Shown here: piece after piece, positions 12,648 to 27,238 of the stretch
Layout: every line of letters begins with the position of its first letter
Numbering within the stretch: position 1 is the stretch's first letter
The notes under the pieces: model-generated
Database searches by the model: none
What the model saw: the letters and a program-made list of their open reading frames with translations, nothing else
What the model was told of the DNA's origin: nothing
From: the human T2T-CHM13v2.0 reference genome, Homo sapiens
Assembly: GCF_009914755.1 (NCBI RefSeq)
Contig: NC_060937.1
DNA length: 64,000 nucleotides
Reading direction: 5' to 3' (one strand)
Made by a program: the position numbers and the translations under genes

Positions 12648-14059
12648 GTTGCCTTGAAAGGATATAGGAATTATCAATTCCAGGGAGTCCTTTTCATAGC
12701 AAGAGTGCTAGATTTTTGAGGGTCTGGAGGTAAAAGACCCTGCAATAGGGCAGGAATGCTGGGAGGAAGGCTCCATGGGGAAAAGAGAACCACCCCAAGG
12801 AGAAGGAGGTGCAGTGGACAGATACATACATGTGTACATTTCAGCCTCATTTTTCGTTGTCTTGATTTTCCGTGTAGTACCTGGTGTCTTTAATATCATA
12901 TCCCCGTCCTTCTCCATCAGGGGTACATGCATGCACGTGATGTAGAGCTGGGGTAAGCAAGCCGCAGAGCAAACCTGGCACATCTCAGGGTGTGTTTTTT
13001 CTCAGATCTCAGAAAATAGCATTTATATGTAAATTAACCTAACTATGGTGTGATGGAGAAACCATGAAATGATAAATAATCAAGCTTAACCTTTATGTGA
13101 CAAACTTTGGTAGTCTTGGAAATATTTTTGAATATATTGGAACATTACAGAAAGAAGTTTAGAGAGTTTTTTGGGGTTGTTTGGTTTCACAAAACATTAG
13201 GTACCACAAAATGCTGTGGCCAACCAGGAAAGTGATTTTGGCAACGTTACTATTTGTGTTCTCTTTTGTCAACGCCAAGGGAGCCGCCCCATGCCAGAGC
13301 TGTATTTGCATTACTGAAAAGCAAATATCTCAGGCCTTTGGACAACACGATACACTCTCACATGCCCTGGAGACTCTGCGTGTGAGATGATTGGAAATGC
13401 TCATGGCTAAAGTCAGCCATTATCCGGAATAAACTTTCCCAGAGGGAGTTTTTCAGAAACACACCAGGGACCAGTAATAAAACATAAACTATAAAATGTC
13501 CTCTAGCAACCAAAACACATGGGATGTTTTTCTATATAATATTTCACATTAAACGTAATTGTAGATTAACTTTTATAGAGAAAATATTTTTTCAAGCCAG
13601 ATATGCTTAAATCCTTTCATTTCCTCAAGTATGACAAAGCACTGGGAATATACTCCCCTTTGTAATTTCCTACCGATTTGCCCTAGTTATGAATGGAACA
13701 TTAACTCTGCGAAATCTACATATGGAAAACGACCCCAGATGAAAATCTTAAACTGGCCATATCCCTAACTCTGGAGTCCAAGCCCTGTGCTCTGGTCCTG
13801 GCACTGTGGCTCACCAGGTAGTCACGTGACCCTACTCACCTGTGCAAATGCCCCCACGCTTCTCAGATCCCAAGCTCAAGGGGGCGTTGAGGATCAGGTC
13901 ACCCACAAGTTCCCTTCCTGCCCTCAGCTTGCACGTGGCTCATCTGTCAAGGAACCACATACTGTGTCAGATTTTGTTAAAGCAAAAACCGGTTTTTATA
14001 GTCTTTATAAAATGTAAAAACTTGGAATAAATGTAACAATATCTAAATTCCTGGTGTGA

Positions 14060-14275
14060 ATGAACAGCAGCTGTAGTGACAAAGGGAACAGGTCTTGAAG
14101 TGAAACCTGCCTGGCTTGGAATTCTGCCTCTGCCACTTACCAGCTTTAGTCCTTGTTGAAGAAATTAGCTGGAATCAGGAGTTTTCTCATGGGTGAAGTG
14201 AGGATACCTCATGGAGAAGTCTATGCAAAAGTAAGGTTCTCAGCACAATACCCGGCTAATAATATTACCTGCTTA
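14060..14275 (+). mobile_element. MIR SINE
   Basis: CCTCTGCCACTTACCAGCT, AGTTTTCTCAT..TGAAGTGAGGATA, CTCAGCACAATACCCGGC. Confidence 0.7.
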
Positions 14276-15239
14276 GAGAGTGGGGGTAACAGCAGGTGCA
14301 ATGTCATGTCTGCTGTTTTAGCTACACCAAGCTCCATCCACATCTTGAGTTGATGCCGTGAATAAAGGTCATATTACTTTTCAGTATTACTGGGGATATT
14401 TGATCCATGTGATGGGCAGATAAAATGTCTCTGTCTTAGAGAAAAAATGGACTTTTTAGGTAGCCAGCATTGCAATGTACTATTGTTAGCAGACATTTGA
14501 GATGGCTTCTAAAAACCGTGCAAGTGAAACACCCCAGGTTTTGAGAAGGGGGGAGCACCGTGTCCCAGGTCACAGGGCTGTCTGTGAACAGAATTCACCT
14601 GTATCCCCTATCTCATTCTGTTTTACCCCTGCAGACTTTTGATTAGACATCTTCATTGCATCCTGAGTGACGGGAAAATTTGTAATTAGCAAATGCATCT
14701 GCATATAGAAGTGTGTGCCCGAAACTGCTGTGCTTTTAGTTCTCATATGCGTGCTCCTTGGAAAGTGACTGTTAGTAACATTAACTCTGAAAACCCTGTT
14801 TTTCAGATTGCAAACGTAACTTCTTTCCAGGTCCTATTAAATGGAGATTTTCCTCTTGCATTCTTAAAAACTCAGAGCTAACCTTGGAGTGGTGTCTCTT
14901 TCTCTCCACCTCTCTCTCCCTTTCTCCTTCTCTCCTTCCTCCTCCACTGTTTTTTTCCCACCCTCCCCCTCTCTCCTTTCTTGTGCAAGATTTCAGTCAG
15001 TTTACTGAATTGCCTTTACATGGCTATGACCTTGAATTGCTTCTGTTAGTTCCCCTGTGCTCTTCCACATTTTTTCATTTTAGGACTACAGGCTAAGCAT
15101 ACTTAGTTATTACCTTGTAATACACAATCAAGATAACCTGGCCTTGGTTTCTGTGACTGTATCTCAGCCTCCCTGTCCTCTGTCTCGCAGAGAACTAGGG
15201 AAGGATGGAAAGTGACTAAAGGTATGGAATGCCTGAGGC

Positions 15240-15420
15240 ATGGCCAGGCCAGGTACTGTGGCACATATTTTCGTATGTTGTCTCATTTAACCCTGATTCA
15301 TACCTTTTAGGACAGGTCATGATATTCCCATTTAACTGCGCTTTAAAGAAGTTGAATGTCCACTGGGTCACACTTGGAGGGTTTAAGATCTGGATTTGGG
15401 TCTGAGTCCAACCACGATGT
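15240..15420 (-). mobile_element. MIR SINE
   Basis: GCCAGGTACTGTG..TCTCATTTAACCCT..ATTCCCATTT..GGTCACAC..GGATTTG. Confidence 0.6.
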
Positions 15421-15869
15421 CATTTATATGGACTGTGTCGCGACACGTGTGTCTTTTTCCTGGTTTGGTGTTGTTATTCCCCTGGCAAGGTGTGCATGAA
15501 GTCGGTCCTGCCCTACACCTGTTGGCTTGTTTTGTTTGACTTGTGTTTACACTCCTTTTTAAGATGACTTTGTTAAACTGAAAAAAAAAAGCTGAAATGT
15601 TGATCAGGTAGCAGATTTGCAGGAGACCTAGGTACTCATCACTCTAGCACTTCCTAAACTGTAGTTAAAGAAACATTGTTCGGGATGCTAAGTGTAACGT
15701 GGGGGAAAAAAATAGCTCTCTGTGCAAATAAATTTGTATAATTGTTAAATGTGATTGCTTTCCCTCTGAGTCTTTAATCTGATAATGTGCATTCTGCCAG
15801 AAGGGAATGTAGTATACTGCACCTCCCCAGCTTGTTTTTGTTCACATCTAACTTAATTTATTAGAAAGC

Positions 15870-16170
15870 AGCCTGGCGCAGTTGTGCATGCCTGTAATCC
15901 CAGGACTTTGGAGGCCGAGGTGGGCAGATTGCTTGAACCCAGGAGTTTGAGACCAGCGTGAACAATATGGTGTAACCCCATCTCTACAAAAAATACAAAA
16001 AATTAACCGGGCATGGTGCCGTGTGCCTGTGGTTCCAGCTACTCTGGAGGCTCAGTTGGGAGGATTGCCTGAACTCAGGTGGTTGAGGCTGCAAGTGAGC
16101 CGTGATCATGCCACTGCACTCCCGCCTGAGTGACAGAGTGAGACCCTGTCTCAACAACAACAACAACAAA
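15870..16170 (+). mobile_element. AluJ SINE with (CAA)n tail
   Basis: Full dimer with J-type GATTGCTTGAACCCAGGAG. TSD TTATTAGAAAGCA on both sides. Confidence 0.93.
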
Positions 16171-16653
16171 ATTATTAGAAAGCAAAAGTCTCTTTAAGAC
16201 AGGTATGTCTTCAACTCTATCAAGTTGGCTTTTGTTTTGAAGAACAAAAGGGAATCATGGCTTGGCAGTTTCAGCTATGTGTGGGGACTACTTTCTATTA
16301 CACTGGTCCTGCTTTTACCTCTGGTGTCTAAAATGTAATAAATATGTGAACTAGAGCTCATAGGGTAGCTTCAACTCTGCTTAGAGTTTATAGCTTCAAG
16401 TGGCATGATATCTGTCACACTCACAAGTAGTATCCATTGCTGATTTCTCTTTGTGGTTGAGCTTCTTTATTTTATTCTATATTCTTACTTTATAATTTTT
16501 CATGTATAATAGACCAAATGTGATTGCCATAAAGAAGGCCAAATGTAGAATCCATGCCCAGTTTGCTTATTCTGGAAAAGCTTACTATGTAAGCTGGGAT
16601 TTGAGGAGTTCTTAGATTTTTATTATTGTTTGATTTTTTTTAAGGAAGGAATA

Positions 16654-16915
16654 GGCCAGGCATGAGTGGCTCACACCTGTAATCCTAGCACTTTGGGAGG
16701 CCAAGACAGGAGAATTACTTGAGACCAGGAGTTGGAGACCAGCCTGGGAAACAAAGTGAGACCTGTCTCTACAAAAACTCAAAAAATTAGCCAGGTTGGC
16801 GGCACATACCTGTGGTCCCAGCCGCACGAGAGACTGAGACAGGAGGATCACTTGAACCTGGGTTGTTGAAGCTGTAGTGAGCCATGTTCCTCCCACTACA
16901 CTCCAGCCAGGTCGC
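16654..16915 (+). mobile_element. AluJ SINE whose tail expanded into a GA tract
   Basis: GGCCAGGCATGAGTGGCTCACACCTGTAATCC...CACTCCAGCC. Confidence 0.9.
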
Positions 16916-17282
16916 AAAAAAGAAAGAGAGGGGAAGAAAAGAAAAGAAAGGAGAAAGAAAGAGAGAGAGAGGGAAAGGGAAAAGAAAAGAGAGAGAGAGA
17001 GAGAAATAAAAGAAAGAAAGAAAGAGAAAGAAGGAAGGAAAGAAAGAAAAGACCGGAAGGAGAGAGAAAGAGAGAAAGGGAAAGAAGAAAGAAGGAAAGA
17101 GAGAGAGAGGAAGGAAGGAAGGAAGGAAGCGGGAGGAAGAAAAAGAAAGAAAGAGAGAGAGAAAGAAAGAAAAGACCGGAAGGAGAGAGAAAGAGAGAAA
17201 GGGAAAGAAGAAAGAAGGAAAGAGAGAGAGGAAGGAAGGAAGAGGGAGGAAGAAAAAGGAAGAAAGAGAAAGAAAGAGAGAG
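16916..17282. repeat. GA-rich polypurine tract (GAAA/GGAA/GA)
   Basis: About 365 nt, nearly all A/G. Confidence 0.95.
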
Positions 17283-19687
17283 GTGGGAATAAAGATAAGG
17301 ATTAAAGCCATAACAATTAAAATATTGACCAATTGAACTCTCGTGCCTGCTATTTTTTCAATTCTCTTCCCAAACACTTTTGGCCAAAGAATGCTTTTTA
17401 TTTGGGGTAAATGTTGTCCAGCCTTAAATTTTCATTTTTCTGGGTAAGGGTACTAAATCCTAGAGTGCTGATATACGATATTTAGGCCTCACCCCATTGG
17501 TAAGTGGAATGTGCCTGTTGATGTAATCAAATTCACAGAATGTGGAATATAACACCCTCTTGGTTAAAAAAATAAGCAGAGGGATTTCTGGCAGAATCCA
17601 ACTAACACTCGCAGAAATGAAGCACATGAGGTGACGAATACAAATGGGTCACTTAGAACTAGGAAAATCCATTGTAACAGGGCACAGAACTTGTTCTTTT
17701 TAAGCAAGAGTCTTGCTAACATCCACATTTATTTCATTCATATTGAAGGTCTTCGAAAGCTTAAGCTCTGAAAATGGAAGTGGTTGATTTGAAGATGATA
17801 AATGGAAACTGGGAAATTAGACTGCTTCCATAGGTGGGCAGTGTGTCCTCTTTTTCAGGACTCCGGGGTCCCTGAATTGTGAGTTTTCCCTCACAGCCTC
17901 TCCACATTCTCTGTGCTGTTCACCTCCCACCCACTGCTCTGTCTTCCCTGTGTTAGTGAAAAATCAAGCTTTTCCCTCCCTAGCCCAGAGAGCTGAGCTT
18001 TTCCCTGCTTTACTACTGTGTTTAGGAAAAGGAGGCAGCTTTTTCCTAAAAAGCAGTGTTTGGAAGTTGGAGGCACGTATGATGCTTTCTGGGCTGTTAT
18101 CTCCAATATCCTTGCTAGATGAGCAGCCTCGCATGTTGGGAAAGAATCTGTACCAGAATTTGGAATATGGGGCTTGTGGCCACGTAGCAATGAGGTCACT
18201 GACCAGCTACAATCCCTGGAGCAAACCATTCACACTGCAGTCCTCTGTTTCCTGCTGGTGATATTCGAGGTAGTGGCCATGTGAGCTCCAAGCTATGATT
18301 TGTTGTTGTTCTGAAATTCTATGTATTATTTAAATTATAATACCTCAGATAAATAAATGAAACATCTCCTGAATTTATTCTTAATATGTAATTCATGGCC
18401 AAGAATATTAACTGATGAAGTGAATCATTTAAAGAAGGACTTTGTAATTTTTCTGTGGGATTGTATTTCACCAGAAGTGCTTCAGTTCCGTTGAGTCCTG
18501 TGTGATGTACTTCAGCTTGTCTGTGAGCTGAGCTGGTCTAACACGCTAAGTGATAACAGAATGGATTCTGTGTTTTATGAGTCAGTCAGCCAGATCTCAA
18601 AGGGATAACAATTAGGAAAAATATATATAATTTTTCCCAGTAAAAGAACTAGCCTATTGCTGAAAAAAAGTTGTACCCTGTATTATTGCTTTTTTTTTGT
18701 CCCACAGGTGTGAATAAACCTGGAAAGCATAAACATTTGGAAGTTATTGAAATTTATTGAAAATATAGTACAAAACTCCCACCCTTCCTTTGTTTCCACC
18801 CAAAATGTAGAATTATTATAGTTGGCTGCAGTTTTTCTTATATCTCAGTGGTGTAATTTTCCCACAAGTAAGAAAACTGAATGGGTAGTATCTAAGAATA
18901 AGAAGCTATTAAATAGCAATTTTACATGCCTTTATGATGAAATACTACAGAAGATGGGAACTGTGTGTCGTGAAGTCATGGAAGTCTTCAATGACTAATA
19001 AGGAAATAATCTGGCTGACAGCAGGTGTTCTGATTAACAGAGAAGTTATTTCATAGCATAATAAAGAATGGCATGAAGAATTATATTGTCAAAAAAACCT
19101 AGCCAGATTTTTTTGAGCAAAGAGGGGTATTTCCACCCCCGACTGCCCACTGTAAGAATAAGAGACGCTTATTGTAGGATTGGGAAACAGTGAAGGAAAT
19201 AGAAACCGCTAATGGTATCACTCTCCTAAGGGGACTACTGTTATTTCCTCTTAGGCACTTTGTGTTCGCATATACATACACAGGCATGCCCATACCTGTG
19301 TGTGCATGCGTGCTTCATTTTTCATGGTGTGCTCTGTGTACATTTTTTGCAAGGTCCAATAGGCCATAAATGACAAAAAGATACTGGGAACCTGTCATTA
19401 GCACTCTAAAGTTGTATTCTTTCCACCAGGAACCTTTGCCTTTTAATTTTAGTCATTTATAATTTATTCTGCTCTTCATGCTTTGTCGGCCCTCTCACAT
19501 ACTGGATTTTAATAGTTTTTCCAAAGCAGGTGGTATACAGAAGTTGAAAACATTGTATCACTTAATCTATTTTATACATGGGCCCATATTAAAAAGCAAA
19601 AAAGTCATTCATGGTCTCAGGAAGTATCTTGAGAATTCATCAGTTCCATCTCCTTTCCTCAAATACAACTGCTCAGATCCTCTGAAA

Positions 19688-19890
19688 CTAAGGACCTCCT
19701 GAACACAAAATTATAAACCACAAATAGTGTTTAACACCCTTTGATGTCAGCACCTTTTTTCTTCTGCCTAACTTCAGTACCTTATGGCACAGCTTAACCC
19801 CATTTCCTTTTGATTTTTGTTCGTTGGCGATGAGGAACAGCTGGTTACCTCTTTTGTAAAAATGACCTTTTCCCAATATACAAACAAGAT
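19688..19890 (-). mobile_element. CR1/L3 LINE ORF2 C-terminal remnant
   Basis: ORF translation KGHFYKRGNQLFLIANEQKSKGNGVKLCHKVLKLGRRKKVLTSKGVKHY resembles the CR1 ORF2 end (KG..E.G.QLF....RTRGNGLKL....FRLD.RKNFLT.RVVKHW). Confidence 0.75.
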
Positions 19891-20354
19891 CAAATTACCC
19901 TTTAACTTTCTCTTCATGTTACATTTCTTCTTTTCATCCTTCTCTTTTACCATGAAAAGCTTGCTATGCACACCACATAGTGCCCAGCATATGGTCTGCA
20001 TTCAATAAATGCCTATTCGACTGAATAAACTTCAGTATTCATTGTTAATTGCTGTGTAAATAAAGCATCACCCTCCTTCCTAATTACCTTCTCCCATTCC
20101 ACCCACATTCCTGTACTGGTCAGTGCTACTGGGAAAGGCTCTGTGTCCAGCTGGGAGTAGGAGCTAGGCCATTGCTGAGACAGCACTTGCAAAGGCCATT
20201 TGCAAGGACTTGATCACATCCTTACTTTTCCCATCTTCAGTTTATGTCTGGAGGATAGGAAGTGAGTAGTGAACTGAACACAGAACAGTAGGTAACAGGT
20301 TTATCTCTTTTCAACTGATATAGTACTTTATAGTTTACAGTGCCTTTAGTGTCT

Positions 20355-20500
20355 TAGCAAGCATTTATTGAGTGCCTACTGTGTGCTACCCAGTGGGCAA
20401 GTGCTAGAGCTTCAAGGTTGCTTAAAGCAACCCTTGCCTTTAGGGAGCAACAGCCTAGTAGAGGGCCTGGAATGTGACAAAAAATCATGACACATTGTGA
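20355..20500 (-). mobile_element. L2 3' end (continues after the Alu)
   Basis: CAAGCATTTATTGAGTGCCTACTGTGTGC. Confidence 0.75.
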
Positions 20501-20506
20501 TAAGGT

Positions 20507-20802
<296 letters not shown>

Positions 20803-21103
20803 GTGATAAGGTGTCTAATAGAGGTGAGACCAAGGCACAATGGTGGCAGAAAGGAACAAGCGATCAGTTCTATCTGATGGTCAGGTGAAACTCCAGAAAA
20901 GGTGGTTGACTTGGTCTGTAGCACAGTACCTAAAATGTAATTTATTTAATATGGTTCCATTCCCCTGTCTTGAAGGTGGATACTGGTCTTCTGTTTTGGA
21001 AATCTTATTGCAGGTTGCTGGCTGGCTAAAGCATTGAATGGCAAGGAAGAAATGATTTTAGATGTAGCTGAAGAGTTAGAGGTCATATCTTCGAGGACAC
21101 TGA

Positions 21104-21422
<319 letters not shown>

Positions 21423-21527
21423 AAGGGTTGGAAGTTCTTATGTTAGAAAAAAAAAACTGACAGCAGGAGGAGGATGAATGAGAGGAAGGTAAGTCAGGAG
21501 GATAAGGGAAACAGGAGGCTTTTTGTA

Positions 21528-22106
21528 TAGTCGTGCACCATATGATGACATTTTGGTCAATAACAGAACATATCAACCATGGTGGTCCCATACGATTATA
21601 ATGGAGCTAGAAAATTCCTTTCACTTGGTGACGTCGTAGCTGTTGTAATGTCGTAGTGCAAATACTTTATTTTTCATAAATTTAGGGTAGCCTAAGTGTA
21701 TAGTATTTATAAAGTCTACAGTAGGTACAGTAATATCCTAGGTCTTCAGATTCACTCACTACTCACTGACTCACCCAGAGCAACGTCTAGTCTTGCAAGC
21801 TCTGTTTATGGTAAGTGCTCTATACGCGACTACTATTTTTATCTTTTATATCATATTTTTACCATACGTTTTCTATGTTGAAATGTGTTTAGATACACAA
21901 ATACTTATCATTGTGTTACAATTGCCTACCATATTCAGTACAGTAGCATGTTGTACACATTTGTAGCCTAGGAGCAATAGGCTGTACCATATAGCCTAGG
22001 TGTGTAGTAGGTTATACCATCTGGGTTTGTGTAAGTGCATTCTATGACGTTTGCACAATGACAGATTTCTCAGATTGCATCCCCTTCATTATGTGATGCG
22101 TGACTA
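21528..22106 (+). mobile_element. Tigger3 (MER7/Golem) non-autonomous DNA transposon, Tigger3c-sized
   Basis: Degenerate TIRs TAGTCGTGCACCATATGATGA / TCATTATGTGATGCGTGACTA. Internal GGTGGTCCCAT..GATTATAAT and TTGTAGCCTAGGAGCAATAGGCT. Confidence 0.85.
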
Positions 22107-22421
22107 CATTCCAAGGGTGAAAAGATGGCCGCTCAAGAAAAGGCTGGAGAGGCAGTGGGTTAAGATAAGGAAAAATTTAGAAAGTAGGAGGAAGATTGAA
22201 CTTACTTTGTCACAAATTTATGTGGTCACAGAAGGCACTACTGCAATGAACCCTGTGTTCCTGAGTAGGAATCATGTATTAACTGAACGCGATATGAGGT
22301 TGAAATGATTATTTGTAAACTGTTGACTGTCAGACGTTTCAGAGGGGCCTGTGAGGTATAGAGGTTGGCATGATTCGTTGGAGACATAAATAGAAGTGTG
22401 ACTTTGGACACAAGTCTGAAT

Positions 22422-22631
22422 GAAGGGTCAGTGTAACTTTTCTGTAAAGGATCATTTCATAAATATTTTAGGCTTTGTGGTCTCTCTGCATCTGAATTCT
22501 GCTATTGCTGCACAGAAGTTCCCATGGACAGTACATGAATGAATGAATGTGGCTCTGTTCCAATAAAACTTTATTTAAAGAAATGGACGGTGGGCTGGAT
22601 TTGACCCGGGGCAATAGTTTTTTGATCCCTG
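22422..22631 (+). mobile_element. MER58A-like hAT-Charlie element
   Basis: TTTTCTGTAAAGG..AAATATTTTAGGCTTTGTGG..GTTCCAATAAAACTTTATTT..GGGCTGGATTTG. Confidence 0.8.
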
Positions 22632-23368
22632 GTCTAGATGATTATCAACAGGCGGGCTCTAGTTGATCATGGGAGTGTGTGAGGGGGTGTCCTGTGTGAA
22701 TATGTCCAGACAGGCACCCCAGGGAATATAACCAGCGATTGTAGAGTACAACAAACCAGCAAAGAAAAATGAGATAACTATCGACTGGGGAAAGACTAAA
22801 GTGGGAGAGTTTTCAGTGTTAGGGAGGGTGCATGTGTTGAAGTCAACTGTCACAGACATAACCTGAGTGCAGAGATGATAACCCACAGTGCTTGTGGGAT
22901 TTGTGTGTTAGGAGGGGAGTTTTAGTGGAGGGTGGGGCAGAAGGAATTTTAAGAGTGAACAAGAGGCAAGAAGTGAAGACAGGAGTTCTAGGCCGTGTTT
23001 CCTGTGTGTTGTCCCATTCAGAGATCATAACTCTGCAAGGGAAGAAGGCAGCTATATTTACTTCACTTTTAAATATGAGGAAACGGGTCCTCAGGAAGTT
23101 AAGTGAATAGCTCAAGCCTGTGCCAAAACTCACACTCAGGTGTTTGCACCTTATGTTTGTGTTATTTTATTTTATTTTTTACTTTAGCCACCTGGACCCC
23201 AGTTAATTCTCTTGGTGATTCTGTAAAATTTCAAGTTAAGCAAACCCTGTCTGGTTTGACCAAGAAGAGTCACCTGTTGGTTTACTGATCCCCAGTTGAG
23301 TTCACAGGTAAAAGCCACCCTTATAGAAGAATCCAAAACAGACTCTGTTTTTGCAAATTATCGCTTTC

Positions 23369-23848
<480 letters not shown>

Positions 23849-25887
23849 AAACTATCACTTTCAGTTACAGAGATCAGACAACATTTTGTGTAAATATGAT
23901 GCCTCTTTCTGAGTCTGAAGACCACGTCGTACATTAGGCACACTGGCTTGGTTAATCTCTGCATCACTTCCTGGTTGCAGAAGTGCTATTTTCATCTTAC
24001 CAGTGAGAAACTCCTTTTAGAGTGCAAGATGCTGTCCAGAGGAAGTAGGGGGCTGGGATTTAAACTCCAATGTCCCCGAGGCTTCTCACAGGTAGAGTAA
24101 CTGTAACATAAACTGATGGCAAATTCTGGAACGCAGGTATGACACTCCCTCTTGTCTCTTGTTTTGATCACATTGTCTCTGCTTTTTTTCTTTTTGTGCC
24201 CCCCTCCCCCCCCACACACTTCTTCTGGTAGTTGCTGTAGTTTAATCTTTAAGAAGGTTGCAGGGGTTTGGAATTTGTTACATCCTGTCTTCTCATTCTG
24301 AGGTCTACCACCATGGCTGGGCATGTGAACCCAGCCAGTGGTAAATGATAAAAATATGCTGTGATTGGAAGGAGGTGGAGAGCGAGCAGGGAACACAGGA
24401 AGCAGAGAGGGATTTGTGGTGAAGGGTGGGAAGGGGCCTGGGCCTGGAGGGCCCCACCAATGTGTCTGTGTACCCTAAACACTTCTGTTTTCAGCTGGCT
24501 TGCTTCTGCTCACAGTTTCTCAATTTACATATGTAAGAACTGCAGGCAAAATGACTGGAATCAAGGGCACATGCCACTTGGATCCTTGCCAGCTTTTATT
24601 TCAGGCTGACAACTCTTTGGATGTAATACAAGATTTATAGTTGTTTGTTTCTTCTAATGAGGTGGCAAGGTAAATCTGCATCTGTTACAGCTGTTTGGCA
24701 CAGGATATATTGATTTATTTTCTAAAAGAAACATGAAAACATAAAAATTTCAAGGTCTAAAAATAGTGTACATTATTGTGATGGTAACTGAACTTATCAG
24801 AAGTCAACTTATCCTTGTTGACTTATCCTTGTTACGTAAGTCCAACTTATCTTGTTGATGAGTGTGGGTGGGAGGCACGACTGAGAGATATATTGACAGT
24901 GAAGTTGAGTAAAAGCTCTTCCATTTCTCTTGAACTTCTGGAGCAGGAGAGTCACATCATGGGATTTGAGCAGGGGAAGAAAATCTTCTGGTGTTTCTCT
25001 CAGGTGTCTGCACAACCCGACCTCATCCAGAGCCTGAACTGGAGTGTCAGCCTTCCATGGCACATGCTAATGCAGGGCCCAGGGCACCTTGGCGATGCCT
25101 TTAGGGAGGTTCCAGGAGGAGCTGCTGTCTGCTCATCAGGGGCTTTGAGTGTATCTCACATATCATAAGTGGAGCTTGTTCACCTCATGCTCTTCTTTGA
25201 ATGGGAAATTCTGTTCTCTATCATTAAACTATGCAGAATAGAAACAGTGTGGAGCAGAAAGGTTTAAAGAAGGAAACCTATGGATTTTTAACTTGCTTAT
25301 GTATAACTAAGTCAACTGAGAGAAGAGAGCAGTCTTAATATAACGTAGAGGGAGGTTTTCTCTTTTTATTTTTTTAGCAGAAATTTTTTAGCCTGTTCTA
25401 TTGCAAAATAAATTCAACTTGTCTTGGAGAAGAGCCACACAGATGGAAAATAGTGGAAAGACAGTTAAAAAAAAAAGCTTAACATAAATGGCAAGGTAAC
25501 CACTTGTAGCTTTATGTTATGAGGATTGGTATGATGTATCCTATTTTATTTAAAGAGGAATAAACTTAAACTTCATGTTGATGAAGTTGGCAGATGTTCC
25601 TGAATCAGGGGAGATATCAAAAATCTGGAAGGACAGAAATATTATAATCTCCTTCAGGAGATTAAAAGTATAGGCAGGAAATAACAAAATGAGATACAGC
25701 TTGGAAAGTGCACACTAATGCGGCTGGGAAAAAATAATGTAAAATGCAGAACCTAAGTGAACAGAAGAAATGTGCACCAAAATGCCAAAGGCAAGCAATA
25801 TTTGGATGTATACATTGCACAACAGTCCACCACAGTGGGCTGACCATTAGGGGCCACCTACATTGCTCATCCTCAATAGAGAAAGAG

Positions 25888-26189
<302 letters not shown>

Positions 26190-27238
26190 GAGAAAGACAT
26201 GATTATTTTTGCAGAAGGATGAACAGCAGTGTTTATTTTTCATTTCCAAAATTTCACCATTTAAGAGATAAGGAGATGGTAAGTCAGTCATTGGCAGAAA
26301 GCGACATAACAACAGGGAGTGTGGGACTCTATGACAATAGGAATGATGAATGTCTGAACTGAGACAATGTAGCAGGGTAAGTGGAAATAGTGGACTGAAA
26401 TGAAATTTAGGAGGGAAAATCAACAGAGTGAAGATCCAACAAGGAGGAAGGAGAAGTTGAAGATGATTCTATGTAGCTTCATGGCTTTATGGAGTGCATG
26501 GCCATTGTCACTACCCACGAGAGGCATTATAGGTGGAAATGCAGATTTGGCATGAAAGATAATGAATTCCATATTGGTTGAGTTGCTTAAATTGGTTGGA
26601 GCTTAAAGGATGTTCAGCTGATAGGAGTTCCTAGCATGTAAATGAATATTAAGGTCTGACTGGGTTAGTGTGTCAGCTAATTTGAAGTGTTGATGAGTGA
26701 TAGGAAATTTCACATAATTATGTTGTAGAGACCTTTAGCGTGTTATCTCAAAAGGCTGAAAAATGTGAGAACCTCAGACAACTTGGTGAGCCAATGGAAG
26801 CCAATCATTTAAACAGGCGTCTTTAGATAAGACTCTGCTTATTCAACTTTCTTAAATATGGCTACGGTATTATAGATAAAGCTATGTGAGTAACCAGACA
26901 TTTAAAAACACATATTGTTTTTAAGAACTATATAAGAAAATAAGTATTTTTCAGAAAGTGTATGAGTTCTCAAATTTAGTTTTATCGGAAAAATCTTTGT
27001 TTGAGAAAATTAATTTAAAAATCATCACCAATTCTCAAAAATCATGGAAATTTTGATGAGCACTGGATATAAGTCCTGCATTCTAAGGAAGCTAAGTTGG
27101 AAGTCAGATTGTTGCCTCATTTCTTAAGACATCGGGACTGATGATCTCCCTGGATAGTAATTAGCTGTTAATGAGCACAGTACCCAGACTAGAAGTGTCC
27201 CTAAAATAGCTGAAACATACACTCGAGCAACATTTTAG

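Noticed and set aside
13304-13311. Octamer ATTTGCAT as an enhancer site
   Set aside because: A single 8-mer is expected by chance in 64 kb, and there is no adjacent composite SOX site.
16787-17377. Longest ORFs (196 aa F/L/S-rich on minus; 142 aa K/E/R-rich on plus)
   Set aside because: Artefacts of the stop-free GA tract and adjacent Alu.
24809-25168. Overlapping 117-aa and 84-aa ORFs as a processed pseudogene
   Set aside because: No homology I can recognise, and no poly-A tail or TSD. A BLASTX search would be decisive.
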